Positions 1-12,800 of a DNA stretch of 64,000 bases are shown in pieces. A program made the position numbers and the translations under genes. Numbering within the stretch: position 1 is the first letter of the stretch; every line of letters starts with the position of its first letter. Source of the DNA: Candidatus Omnitrophota bacterium (GTDB taxonomy: Bacteria; Omnitrophota; Gorgyraeia; Tantalellales; Tantalellaceae); the NCBI GenBank assembly GCA_015231405.1, contig JADGBR010000001.1, forward strand, positions 385,762 through 449,761, given 5' to 3'. The notes under the pieces are model-generated. The model was given only the letters and a program-made list of their open reading frames with translations, had not been told where the DNA came from and made no database searches.

Positions 1-408
1 GGAGGATACAGGAATACACTAGATATGGATATAATAACCGAAATGAGCGATGAAAACCTGTCTAAAGTGACGCAGATACTTAAGAAATACGGGTATAAGA
101 CAAAAAAGGCATCACACGAGGCGCATCTTCTGGATACTGATAAAAGGGAAAAACTCGTAAAGAATAAGAATGTTAAAGCCTTGAACTTCTACAAAAATAT
201 CAAGAGTTACGAACAGGTCGACATAATCCTGGATACACCTGTCGATTATCGTATGGCTTCAAAGAACCATAAGAAGTATAAGATCGGAGATATTTCGATC
301 CCGGTTATTTCGATAAACGACCTTATCAAAATGAAAATTTCGGCGGCGAGGGACAAGGACATAATGGATATAGAGGTACTGGACCATTTAAGGAGGCGGG
401 TAAAATGA
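1..408 (+). CDS. Nucleotidyltransferase-fold protein (DUF6036-like), 5'-truncated by window edge
   Basis: Frame is open from base 1 (GGYRNTLDMDII), giving the G-x-R-x-T-x-D-x-D motif upstream of the ORF-track Met at 25. VDII strand and C-terminal LIKMKISAARDKDIMDI motif fit this family. Confidence 0.7.
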   Translation, partial: GGYRNTLDMDIITEMSDENLSKVTQILKKYGYKTKKASHEAHLLDTDKREKLVKNKNVKALNFYKNIKSYEQVDIILDTPVDYRMASKNHKKYKIGDISIPVISINDLIKMKISAARDKDIMDIEVLDHLRRRVK

Positions 409-605
409 ACGGATCAGATTGGCCTTCCAAAAAACAGCTCATTTCCCAGGGGGAGAAGATATCTCTCCGCAAAAAACTCGAGGGTTTACGTCTCATGAAC
501 GAGGTAAGCGATAAAGCATTGACGTTGCAGCAGAAGGTGATGAGGCGTCAGATCCGAGAGAATCAAGGCGACATCAGTAAGTTCCTGAACGGGCAATATC
601 TGTGA
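405..605 (+). CDS. Small basic hypothetical protein coupled to the nucleotidyltransferase
   Basis: 66-aa ORF whose ATG overlaps the upstream TGA (ATGA at 405-408). Confidence 0.55.
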   Translation: MNGSDWPSKKQLISQGEKISLRKKLEGLRLMNEVSDKALTLQQKVMRRQIRENQGDISKFLNGQYL

Positions 606-748
606 TCCCATGAGTCAGTATCAACGAACTTTTAAGCGATGATACTGAAGAACGGGTGCAGAACATGCTTATATTAATTTCTATCAGTTTTAACCCCCTA
701 TTATTGTATTAAGCCGGTTGTAATCATTAAAAATAAACAAGATTTATA

Positions 749-777
749 TTGTGCTAACAATATATTTGTGTTAAAAT
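749..777 (+). promoter_or_regulatory. Candidate sigma70 promoter of the giant gene
   Basis: TTGTGC (749-754), 17 bp, TAAAAT (772-777) with TG at 769-770 (extended -10), in an AT-rich intergenic region. Confidence 0.4.
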
Positions 778-811
778 GTTACTTTCATTAGGCATAACCA
801 CAGCGATCAGT

Positions 812-3800
812 ATGCATAAAACATTAGTGAAAAATTTACTAAACTATTTGCTAATATTATGTTTCATTTTAGAGGATATTTCCTGGGCCTTTGAAATTGA
901 ACCTTCCATCCGAATATCAAGCAACAATCTACAGGTGCAAACTCCTTTTAAGCCTATATCCGATGAAGACATTGGAATGACACTAAGATTGAAAGCACTT
1001 ATAAAAGCGGCACTTTCGTACATAAATCAGGAAGTAAAGATCGATGATGAGTTGATCGCTGACTTTGACTCATGCCTTTCCCCGGCTGACGGGATGAAAC
1101 ATTTATGGGAACCGGTTACTTTAGACGGCAATGATATATCCTGGGCCAGGTTCAATTATCTATTGGATTTTACAGATCATGGCACAAGCATATCGGGAAA
1201 AAGGAAGGAAGGAATAAACTGGGTAATAGACTGCTCCATAGGAAAAGGGGATGAGTTCTGGGAATACGAAGCGGTAATAACACCGGATAAATCAGTATAT
1301 TTAAGGATACCCGGTACGGACGACTATATCGGTGAGAGACCCGGACAAACCCAGGGTGATAGCAAGCGGAAGGGTGAAGACCCCTATTTTGGAGAAGGTC
1401 AAGGATTATTAGGGACTATGACGTCGGATGTGGCGTATAGCGTGTCAAAACGCGATTATTTGTGGGAATACCCAAGGGCTGAGAACATATTGCCGGAACT
1501 TAATAGGCTTTTTCCTTTAGACAAAATTAAAGCGGTTCTGGGCGCGGATATAGAGAGAATTAAGGTCGTCTTTCAGATATTCAGAAAAGACGATACGGCG
1601 GCGGAGTTCCCGGGAAAAGAAATATTCGCAGAGATGATCTATCCGTATAGCGGGTCGAATCAATTCGCGATAATATTCACGGAAAAAGCATATCACCTTT
1701 TCATGGAAGCGTTCAAGGATGACCTTGAACCTTTACTTAAGGCGATGATGTTTCACCTTTATAGCGAGTTTTATTGCAGAAAGCCCAGGCATATCGCTTA
1801 CCTCATGGCGATACAAAAATATCCCGCTGAGATGGCGCGGCTCGCTAAAGTATTCCCCGAACTCCGGTTCGAAATAAAAGAAGACATACGAACGGATATC
1901 CTTGAAGCTACGGGGTTCAAGGGCGATCATAAAGCAGAAAAAACGTTTGACCTTATGATGTCAAAAGGGCTTGCGAATAATAAAAACTCTCTTGAAATAA
2001 AGGCTCTTTTTGGTACTGTTCGGTTCATAAAAACCGAAAGGCGATGTTCCACTGATAAGGCCTTCGACTGTTTGGGAAAGTTGATCAACGCGGGAAGCGT
2101 AACAAAAGACAATATCGATAAGGTCAATGAGTTCTTCCTAAAAGTCACTGAAAGGATGGACTATTCCGGGGATTGGATGCTTGATGAAGTTATGAGGTTC
2201 ATAAATAAGATAGAAAGGAAGAAACTTGACAGGTCGGCTATCGGCATGGAGTTTCTCAGTTTTATAAGCGAGCATGATGAACACACCGCGACAAGCTCAT
2301 TCAGGGTAGCCGGTATCATGGCAGAATCCGGAATAGTGAACAAGAGTAACATGCACAAGGTAAAAGAGTTGATAAACTGTCTATCCGGGAGTTTCGGGTT
2401 CGGATCGCTTGATCATAAAGCGCTTTTTAAGGCTCTTGGCAGGGCAAAGCTGCTTTCTCCGGATAGATTCGGGGAAATACACGCCCTATTGATCCAGTTG
2501 TTTTCATACAAGACAGGCACCAGAGACTGGCCTGACGGGTATAGGAGCGAAAAAACGAGAGCCATCATACGGTTGGCTAAAAAGATCGGTGACGGGAAGC
2601 TGAATGTTCAGGCAAGTGACTTAAAATGGCTGATACGGACGATCTCGGGTATGAGACATTCGGTAAGCGTTTATAATGTTGTAGATATAATGGCAGTATT
2701 CTGGGAAACCGGTATCGCTGGAAAAAAGGATCACGGTAAACTGTCGAAACTGTTCAGGAGAATGGATTCACTTCCGATACTCGATGAGGATCGCGATAGG
2801 GGCGACGGTAACCCTTATAAATCGCTGATAAAACTGGCTGAAGACACACTCGCCGGCAGGATCCATAAGGAACAGGTGGACCTGGATATGCTTATACATC
2901 TCTGTCGTGATGACTGGTCCGTAGATTCTAAACAGGAAATGTATCGGAAAATGCTTGTTTTAGGACTTACCGAAGGTCTTGGCAAAAGAGAAATAAAAGT
3001 GGTATTGGATAAATTCTCGGATGATTATTGGGGTATATCGCCGAACCTTGACGAAATGCTGGTTAATAAGGAGAAGTATAGGCTCGATCTCCCTGAGCCG
3101 CGACTGTTTGTAAGGCTTGTTAAGACAATCCCTGGAAATATTTCAAAAGCGATGAATTATATCAGTATCCTTACTGGCATACCGGGCTATAACTTCTCAA
3201 ATTGCGGTGATCTCGCGGAACTCTTGGAATTAACCAAAACTGCGGTTGACAGGTTTCAGGGGCAGAACGCTTTCGAGGACGCCATTTATTACGCGAAAAA
3301 GGTGCGGGATGAACATCTTCCCGCGGACGCTATAGACCATTCGATCGTAATGAAGTTATACCGGCGTACGCATAAAAATGGAGATGAAGATACAAGGCTT
3401 CGAAATCAATTCTCCATTCTTGGATCCGCGGCCGCTATCGGGCTGGATATACGCGCCGGGTATGACGAATTGGCGGAGTTCCATGATATGTTCGGAAGCC
3501 GCTTCGAGGAGCAGTCTGAGCATGCACTTAGTGTTTATGTGAGATCGGTCATCGATGAGAAACTTGATAGGAGTCTCGTTGATATTAAATTCTTAAAGGT
3601 CCTCTTTGGCAATGTTTCACATTCATACATAGATTCGGCAATTTCAGAGATCTTGAAAACCGCCAGAAGAATAAAGATCGGTGAGCTTCCCGGCGGGCCT
3701 CTTAAAAATGGTATGCTCCTAGGGCTCGGCGAGCTATCTTCCAATTATCATGTGAATGTATTCACGACGTTTGAGCCGCTCCTCGAAGCTCTGAAAAAAG

Positions 3801-6800
3801 GGGATATACGTCCGGGGCTGCTTTCCCCCGATTTGTTCCTGTCGATAGAGGCGGATACAGGCGCGAATAAAACCTACGCGGCTTTATTATTTAAGACTCT
3901 CGCTGAAACAGGGGCTTTAAAAAATGTCAGTAAAGCACGGATCAAGAAGTATTTCCGAGAAGCCGGGAAGTCGATAAACTCCTGGGATGATTGGAACTCA
4001 CTTGACCATATAGCTTCCATGGCCAGCTCTCTCTATCATGACGATAAGAAAGGCGTATTCGAATTGCTTGGTAAACTCGCAAAAAATTACTCCGGATCTA
4101 TGAGCGTTCTAAAAGAACCTTTTTCGACTCTCCGAAACCAGTTAATGAGGATAGAACCCGAGAAACGGAAAGATATCAAAGACCTTGTTATGAGGATTTT
4201 GCAGCACCCTGACAGTAACCCGGGGAAAGCGCTTGTCACTATAGGCGCGTTCATTAATTTTTCGATAATTTCAACAGGCGATGCGTCAAATATCCAATGT
4301 TTTCTGGATAATATCATGAAGATGGAAACAGATAGAGGTGAAGCCTGGGAAATATTGACAGAACTCGCTGAGATGGGTGTGTTACACGATGAGAACATCG
4401 GCGATCACATAGCGCTATACGAAAAACTCGCTCTGGTAGAAGGGCCGGCCGCCAAAGGATTACTCCATTATGTAAGAGCGCTTAAAAACCTGGATATAGG
4501 GTCCTTAATGATGGACCTTGAACTGCTTACACTTATCGCCGGCGCGGGAGTGCGTAACGTATCAACGCTTTACGATAATCTCGGACCGGTAATAGTAGCA
4601 TATTCAGAAACCAGCGGGAACGTGGGATGCGATGAATTCTTGAGAACGCTTAAGGAAGGGATAAGTGACATAATTAACAAGGGTGCCGGAGAGGACGCGA
4701 TCCTTGAGTTCCTTATCGCGCTAAGGAAAGATTCAAGTCACATACTGGCCAGCGCTGTAGATGCTGTGTCACGGTCCGGATCGGCAATAACAACCTATGA
4801 GGGTTACAAATATCTTCTTCCTGACGAATTGAGGCATATAGCTCTAGACCCATCCATCGAAGAAAGAATAGCGCTAATTAATGACACGAATTTTATGAAC
4901 GGAGATAATCCCGTGTATTTATATCTACTCATGCGGAAGGAAAGCCCCGCGGCGGACGAGCTTTCCTGGGAAGTGTTCAGCGGCATCTTACGCGACGGGA
5001 AAACATTCAATTCTTACTATACGGCAAGCGTGCTCAAATTCATTCAAAAGGCGGTTTTCCACGCCGAGGCCGAACTTGAACCCGAACAGCAGGAGGAGAT
5101 CATAAAACTCTCTATAGCCCTGCATAAAAGCTTTCTGGAAATAGCCGGAAAAAGCGCTGATCAGGGCGCGCCGGTAGTGACTTTCAGGGAGCTGGTTAGG
5201 TTCAATGTCGATTTCTCGAAGTTCTATCTTAAGGAAGAAGGGCTGAAGAACGTATTCGAGATATTGATCCTAACTTCATACAACATATACGGCAGGGTAG
5301 TAACTGACGCCGGTAAAAAGAATGAATTTATAGAAAAGCTTTCCGAAACACTTAGGTCGAAAAAGTATAAAAAACTCCTCATCGAAGGCCAGCGGGATTC
5401 CATTACTATACGCGGTAATCTTTCCCAGCTTATAGAAAGGATCATAGACTATGGGCATTATTCGAAGCTGGATAACGAGCCCGGCCAAAACGATATCCCG
5501 ATAGAAACGTCGTTAAGGGCTTTTATTAAAAGGACTGAGGAAGTGCACCGCCCGGAACTGATGATATTAGACGATGAAAATACTATATTCTTCCAGAATA
5601 TGATCGAAAAGTTATCATCCGAACCAGACAGGGTCATTATCCCCGTTTATATGAACGCTTTCACCAAAAGGCAGGACCTTTTCGGCAAATATGTCCCGAA
5701 AGAGCCCATGAAGCTTGAAGACGCCGCGCGGATAATTGAACTTACCGGAAACTACGATCTCGTAACAGCGATATCCAATGTACTTGGTATCGACCGTGTA
5801 CGCGCGAATGAGTATCTTCTTAAAATGAACGATCCGGATACCCGCATAGAGGAAAACGTTATAACCGCGATCGCCGCATCCATAAAGTCAGGTCCTTTGT
5901 GGAGAGAGAACCTGGTATGGGAGGACGGGATCCTTATCCGTATCGTAAAAGCCGCGGCTAAAAACAGGAAAAAGAAGTTTACGCTCCTTTTCCAGAACAT
6001 TGATGCCTGCCCGGACGAGGTCCGGGTCGAGCTTAATCCGGTACTATGGGAGAATATGATAGAGATACCCGGCGGAAGCGGCAAAATGGATATTACGCCG
6101 AACCTGAATTTCCTGTTCACAATGCACGAGGGATCGCATATACAGGACCCCGCATTCATGGATAGGCCGCTAGTACATAAAATAATGAACGTAAGTGACA
6201 AAGACATAGTAACTTATATAAAGAATGAAGCAAGGCTCGGCGGGGCCGTGCTAGAGCGGCTTATGATGTTCTATAGAGCTGTCAAAGATCCGGCTAATGG
6301 AATTGATATCGAAGCCGGGCTTAACGACTTAATAGAAATAGCTAAAAGGATAAGCGGGCGGGCCGTCGAATACGGTGAAAAGGATTCCGATATAATGGAT
6401 GAAGAGATATATAGGTACCTTTCCCTTAAAACTCCGGATAAAGGCTCAAAAGAAAAACTATGGCGGATGATATCTCCCCGGCGTAGGATCTTCAAATGGA
6501 AACCCCCTGTATCCGATATGGAGGTAAAGAACGGGTCGATCATTTTCAACGGCGTCGGTGTAAAGTTATCCGAAGGAACAATGCTAAAGTGGGGACTTTC
6601 TCCAAATGGGAACGTTAACAAAAAATCGGTAATGAAGATGCTCCTCGACCACTCAGGTTATACCGTTACGGACACTGAGATAGACATTTTCGCGCAGTTA
6701 GCTCGCGCTATGAAATACGGGGCGAAGGCGATACAGCTCGTCGGACCTTCCGGAGAAGGGAAAACCGAGATAGCGAAGGTGTTCTCAAATATCATAGGGT

Positions 6801-9800
6801 ACGGCCTTAATGAAAGAACCGTTAACCAGGATACGGACCTTGCGGATATTCGTGGTGAAGTGAGGCAGGACGAGAACGGAAAGTATTATCTGCATGAACC
6901 GGAGTATATCAAGTCCATCGATAAAGAGGGGCATGTCTTCCTTGTCAATGAGGTAAATACCGGGAATAACGGAGGACTCTACAACTGGTATTTCCCGGAG
7001 ATATCAGGCGCGACCTTTAAACCTCTTAATGAATTTCCGCCGATGGACGGTTCACTTGACAGGTCCAGAACCATAAACCGCGATAATTTATGGATCTTTA
7101 CGGCAAATCCCGATACTACATCGGGAAGAGAAAAAACTCCCGGGAGAGTCTCGGCCCATCTCACAAATTTCTATATGGCCACGGATCCGAAGGATATAGG
7201 GCCGATATGCCGGGACCTGTTCAAGAAAGACAGCTTAAACAAATACGTTAAAAAAGGCAGGATACTGGCTAGGGTTCACAGAAAATTCTATGACTTGAAA
7301 TTGAGCGGCGCGTACCGGGGAGACCAGGATGTTACCAGGCGCGAGCTTATATCAGTAAGGGATAAATTCGAGGCGTATATCAATGATAAGATCGAACCCG
7401 ATACAGCGTTCAGGCAGGCTTTGTATGAGGTATACGTGTATGGATGGAGAAGCCTTATAGACGGAAAACTCGCAAGAACGACTCTTGGTCCCATGGTGAG
7501 GACCGGAGAACTGTTGTCTATGGATGTGTCGTTAAAAGCTTGTTTAAAGGATCCCAAGAAGCCGGTAATATTTTTTAACGACAGCGCGACAACGGGATTC
7601 GATCCCGGTAAGGCCATAGCAGGTATGTTTCCAGATGCTAATGTAAAGAACGTTGTTTTAAGCTATTTTCACCGTAAAAGGCAGCTTTTGGGTGGTTTTG
7701 TCCCCTATGATTCTCCGGATAAGGACGATAAGGAGATGCCGGATGAACTTAAGCACAGATTTATGAGAGGGCTGGGTATTCTGCCTAAAATGATCGAGGA
7801 GGCGAGGTTTGACCGAAACAGAAAAAAATTCATGGTTTTAAGAAATTATACCAGGCTTAATTCGAGGGTGGCGCCGATAATGAACGAGTTCCTCCAGACA
7901 AGGCATATCGCCGAAATGGAGGATATAGTCGATGAAAGGACTGCATATCAGTTAAGATCGAAATTGATCGATAGAAATATGTTCGATGAAGTTTACGGCG
8001 AATTTCTGGAAAAGAATAACGGAATAGAAAGAGACAAAGAAATAACGCGCGAAACCGCAATGCGCCTCGCCAGATGGTTCTACTCGAACGCCCCGGATAA
8101 CCTCTATATCGTAGCCGAAGGGACGTCGAGCGGAGAATCCGATCTTGGCCCTCCCGAGATCAACCGGTTCAACGCGTGGAACACTTCCATTGAAATTGAT
8201 GACAAATGGATCGACGGATACCTTGACGGGAAGATCTCCGGCTATCTTGAACCTTTTAAGGATGTCATAAAAGACGCTGTAAAACGGATATTCTATCTCT
8301 ATGACTTTGAGGCGACATGCGGCGATAATGAATATAACCGTATGAGCGTGAGAGATATAGATAATTTCATTGAAGTATTGAGGGCTCAGGCCACATTAGA
8401 CGATAAAACTATCAAGGAAACCGCTTATTACGCGATGGCTTCCGGGCTCCGGACGAAATATCTCGAGGGTCTAAAGGACATGGTTCCGGAAATTAAAGAC
8501 CCTGCTGATCATATTAAAAAGATAAGGGCAAGAAGAGGCGGATATCTGTCAACTGACCCCGAATATGAACATCTCGCAGACACGGAAAAACTCGCGCGGC
8601 TTTACATGTCCTTCAATATGGCTTTCTCGGCTTCGAGGACAGTCATTTTAGAGGGCCCTACGGGGGGAGGCAAATCATCCGCGGCAAGGGATATAGCGAA
8701 AAGGATGGGCCTTCCTTTCTATGAGATACTCATGTATGACGACATTGACCCCGGCGATTTTCTCGGGAGGATGACAAAGTCAGGGAAAGAATTCATCCTG
8801 ACATGTGATACGGAAAAGCGAAGGCTCCTCATCCCATTTCTCAAAGCTTATACGAAAGGCGGCGTATTCCTTCTCGATGAAGGGGCAATGGGTTTGCAAT
8901 CCAAAGAGGTCATTACATTCTTAACAACGCTCGCTGAGCTTGGAGAGATCGATCTTAATGATCATCATCCCTATGCCGTCGGGAAACTGGATATCCTTAC
9001 GCGTCACCCGGACTTTCACCTTGTTATTGCCCAGAACCCCGGAGGAGAGACTATGGGGCGGACAGAACTCTCTTATGAGGCGATGTCGTCAGCTTTTAAG
9101 ATATGGGTGGATAATTTCATAACTCGGGCGGATTCCCTGAGGATGATCGACCATTATCTCGGAGATCTTTCGTCGAATGTGGAAAAAAAAGATAAAGCCG
9201 TAATATCGGGGATATATGAAAGCTTTTACAAGAAACACCCGGAGGACGGGTCGATAAGCCCGAGGCAGTTGATAACGTCAGTTAAAGTCATAAAAAAACT
9301 ATTGGAAGAAGGGATCAATTTTAAAAAGGCCATTATCCAGGGAATGATAATCTCGTATATGCCTAATATGTCCGAAGATGAGTATGTTTCCTTGAAGAAC
9401 GAGATAGTTTCGATGATCGATAAATTGATCGGGGATGACGATAGGCCAGGCTATAATGACGCGATAAGATCTACGTTCGAACAATGGGAAATGACCGCGG
9501 ATGTTAAGAACTCCGATGGCATTCTCAGCTTGAACGGTTTAGTCCTCCCGTATTCACCCGGCGGATCGAATGTCGACCCGAAAACTATAAAAATAACAGA
9601 AGACCTCGCTTCATTCAACAAGGTGATAAAACATATGGCCTGGGGGATCGCGCTGGATAAGCCGGTTGCCCTCCTTGAAGAGGATGGCGCTGACTCTTTG
9701 GATATAGTGAAGAAATTCTCACTCATTACGGGATATGACATGCATGTTCTATGGTCTCATGACGAAATGAGAAAGATGCATCTTGTTTCGGGCATATTGC

Positions 9801-12800
9801 CTAAATTCGGTAAGGTCCTGGACAAATACGGCGTAAAAAGCAAGGACATCTCCGAAGACTTCAAGCAGGGTCTGGGCTTTTTACTTGAGCACATTGAGAC
9901 GGAAGAGGATTATTTAAAGATGAAAGGCGGCGTCAAGAAGAAGCACAAGATACTCTTTTTTAACTTTATGGACGCTATCCCGGAACGTCAGCGCGTGCTT
10001 TTGAACGAGATACTGACAACTAAAAAACTGAGCGTAGAGGATGAAAACGGCGAGATAATTAATTATCGCCTTCCCGAATGGGTGCATATAGTTGTTTCAT
10101 GCCCGTTAGAACACAGGTTCTCATCCGCGTTCGTGAATAGGTTCATACCGGTAAGGTTGTCTCCGGTAACGGATATGGAGGAACTGAGGCAGATAATACC
10201 TAAGAGGTTCCCGCTTGTAAGGGATGAAGAGCTTGAATGGATAAGGGAAGTGGCTTTATCGGCTTATAAATTCAATAAAGCGGGAGGTTTTAACCGCAAT
10301 TACGGGTTCGCCCCGAACGACATAGAGAAACTAGCCTTGAGGATCCAGATCGAAAAACAAAAAGATATAGAGATCAACAGTTTTAACAGGAATCCACTGC
10401 ACTATATGACTAAAGCGGTTTATTTAAATTACATTCGCGGCATCGAAGATACAAATGACAGGGAAAGGTTCGAGAATGAGATATTCGTGCATCCGTTCCT
10501 TGAGACGTCGGTGTTCATCGAAAGAAAATTCGGCGCGAAGATCGACACGAGCGGCAACGTTAATTTAAGCGCCGATGAGATAAGCCGTTACCTAAATATC
10601 GGGATAGATATTAACAAACTCAAAGTACCGGCGGACGAACTTGCCGAGCATAAAAGGAACATCGATATTCTCGCGAAAAGGTTCGGTAAAGGATCGCAAC
10701 TTCTCCGGGAAACAATGAATCAGACGGACTCTAGAGGATTAAGGGCAGCATCCGTATATAGGAAACTTAGCGTTGAGTTTATCAATAATGCCGCTTTAGC
10801 TGACATTTATCGCCTGGAGATCACCCCGCGGGAAGGCTCGGAAACAGTAAAAATCATTGTGGCCATAAGCCGTCGGCCTAAGGCGGCTGTCCCGGAGTAT
10901 GACGCTAATAAAGAATTCAATAATCTGAGAGAATTATATCACGCGCTCCCTAAAAACACCGCTAAGCCGCTTTCTTACGCGGAAGAAGAAAAGAACGGCG
11001 ATGTTTATACTATCGTTTGTACAGAATCGCTGGAAAACCACGGGAGTCCTCATATCGTTTTCTCGGGAGGAGATCATAGAGTCCTTAGTATCGCGGAAAT
11101 CGGCAATGATAACGGAAAGGGCGACCATTTCATGAATGAGGATTATCTCGCGTTCCTTCAGGATCTAATCGGTCTTCAGATGGATGCGTTCGAAAAAGCC
11201 AGTAAAATACTCGATCCGAGAACGATCTCCGGGGATATCATGTATCCGTTCCTTATAGAAAACCAGCCAAAGGGCAGTGATTATCATTTAAATGCTGACC
11301 TGGCCTTTAGGACAGTCGCTTATGAGGGCGCTAAACCTTTGAAAATTACCAGCGCGGATAGACTACGGGATGGCAATAAGAAGGACCTCATTACGAGTAT
11401 CTTCAAGACGCATCAAGTGATCAATTGTGAAGGGGGTTGCAGAAAAAATGAAGAGGATATGCCGATCCCGGTATATGACAACTTATACGCTTTTTACATG
11501 TTCCTTGAGAAGAAACATCCCGGTAACGGTATGATAGAACTTCTGGATCTTCTGAAATACTATAATGAAGATATGACCTGCTACGGAAAGGACCCGGAAC
11601 TGGCCAGGATCTTTGAAACTGTCATGACAGATCCGGACAGGATCCTTAAAGCAGGTGAAAAGCGTTCGCCTCTTTATAGCGTTAATTTCATGAATTTATC
11701 CTTACTTAAACCAGATGTGGACATGATATACAGAGATATGAAAAAAGTGATAGAGGATGAACTTTCGCAGGTGAAAAGGGACACGTTTGATATCGTAAAG
11801 GTCGATATCGGGTCGATACCTTACAATAAAGCGATCTCACCGAAACCCGGTATTGAAATACTGAGAAATGACGATAACTATATCATTAGAACCCCAGCGA
11901 AAAGATATCTTGTGCCATTGTCGGAGTTCGGTGAAAGACGTGAACTTTCGCCCTATCTGAATATCTGGAAGAAAGACAATGATATGATGCTAGAGTTCAG
12001 ACTTATCAGCTCTATCGGAGGGGTCGAGCTTAAACGGGATGAGATCAATAAGTCAAACAGCCTGCCGGAAACGGAAGTGGCTACGTCTGAGTATATTTAC
12101 AATACAGATGAGATCAATATGATGACATCGGCACTACTTCGTTCCTGGGAGCCGGTCATCGACGGGGCTGGAAGACTTATCCTGCCGCGTGTCGTGCTGC
12201 TGGACGGGGAGACTGCTACGGCAAAAACGACGAGGATAAGGAATCTAGCGAGGATATGGGGATCGGATCTATATATACTCAACTCTTTCCATGATATAAG
12301 CGTCGCGGATACGACCGTAAAGCTGAGCGTCGAAAAAAGCAAGGTAAAGCTCAGCGTAAGGGAATTTCTCGCCCGGTTAGGCACGGTGAACGGCCAGAGG
12401 GTGGAGATCAAAGGTAAAAAAACGTCATCGCGTTCGATACTTCTCATAGATGAGGCTAACGCTTGCCCGGAGCTCTTTACCGCCCTTATGCCGATATTTC
12501 TGGGTGAAAAAAAGTTCTCGTTCAATTACGCCGGCGAAACTTTCAACGTCGAGATCGACGATGAGGTCATGGTCGTTCTGACCTTCAATCCGCCCGACAC
12601 ATATTCCGGGAGGGGATTCTTCCTGGAAAAACTCCTTTTCCTGTCGGATAAATTATGGGCACCGGACCCTATGACCCTGCCTGACCATATAATCGCAGGG
12701 ATACTCGGCGAATATCACAGGCGCGGAGTCACGAAAAAAGACGCCGTGTTAACAGCCGAGGATCAAGGTTCCCCCGAAGAGAGGATCGAGTCAAGTTATA

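Noticed and set aside
776-811. ORF-track start of the giant gene at 776
   Set aside because: The ATG overlaps the predicted -10 box, and Met at 812 gives a normal signal peptide with a basic n-region.
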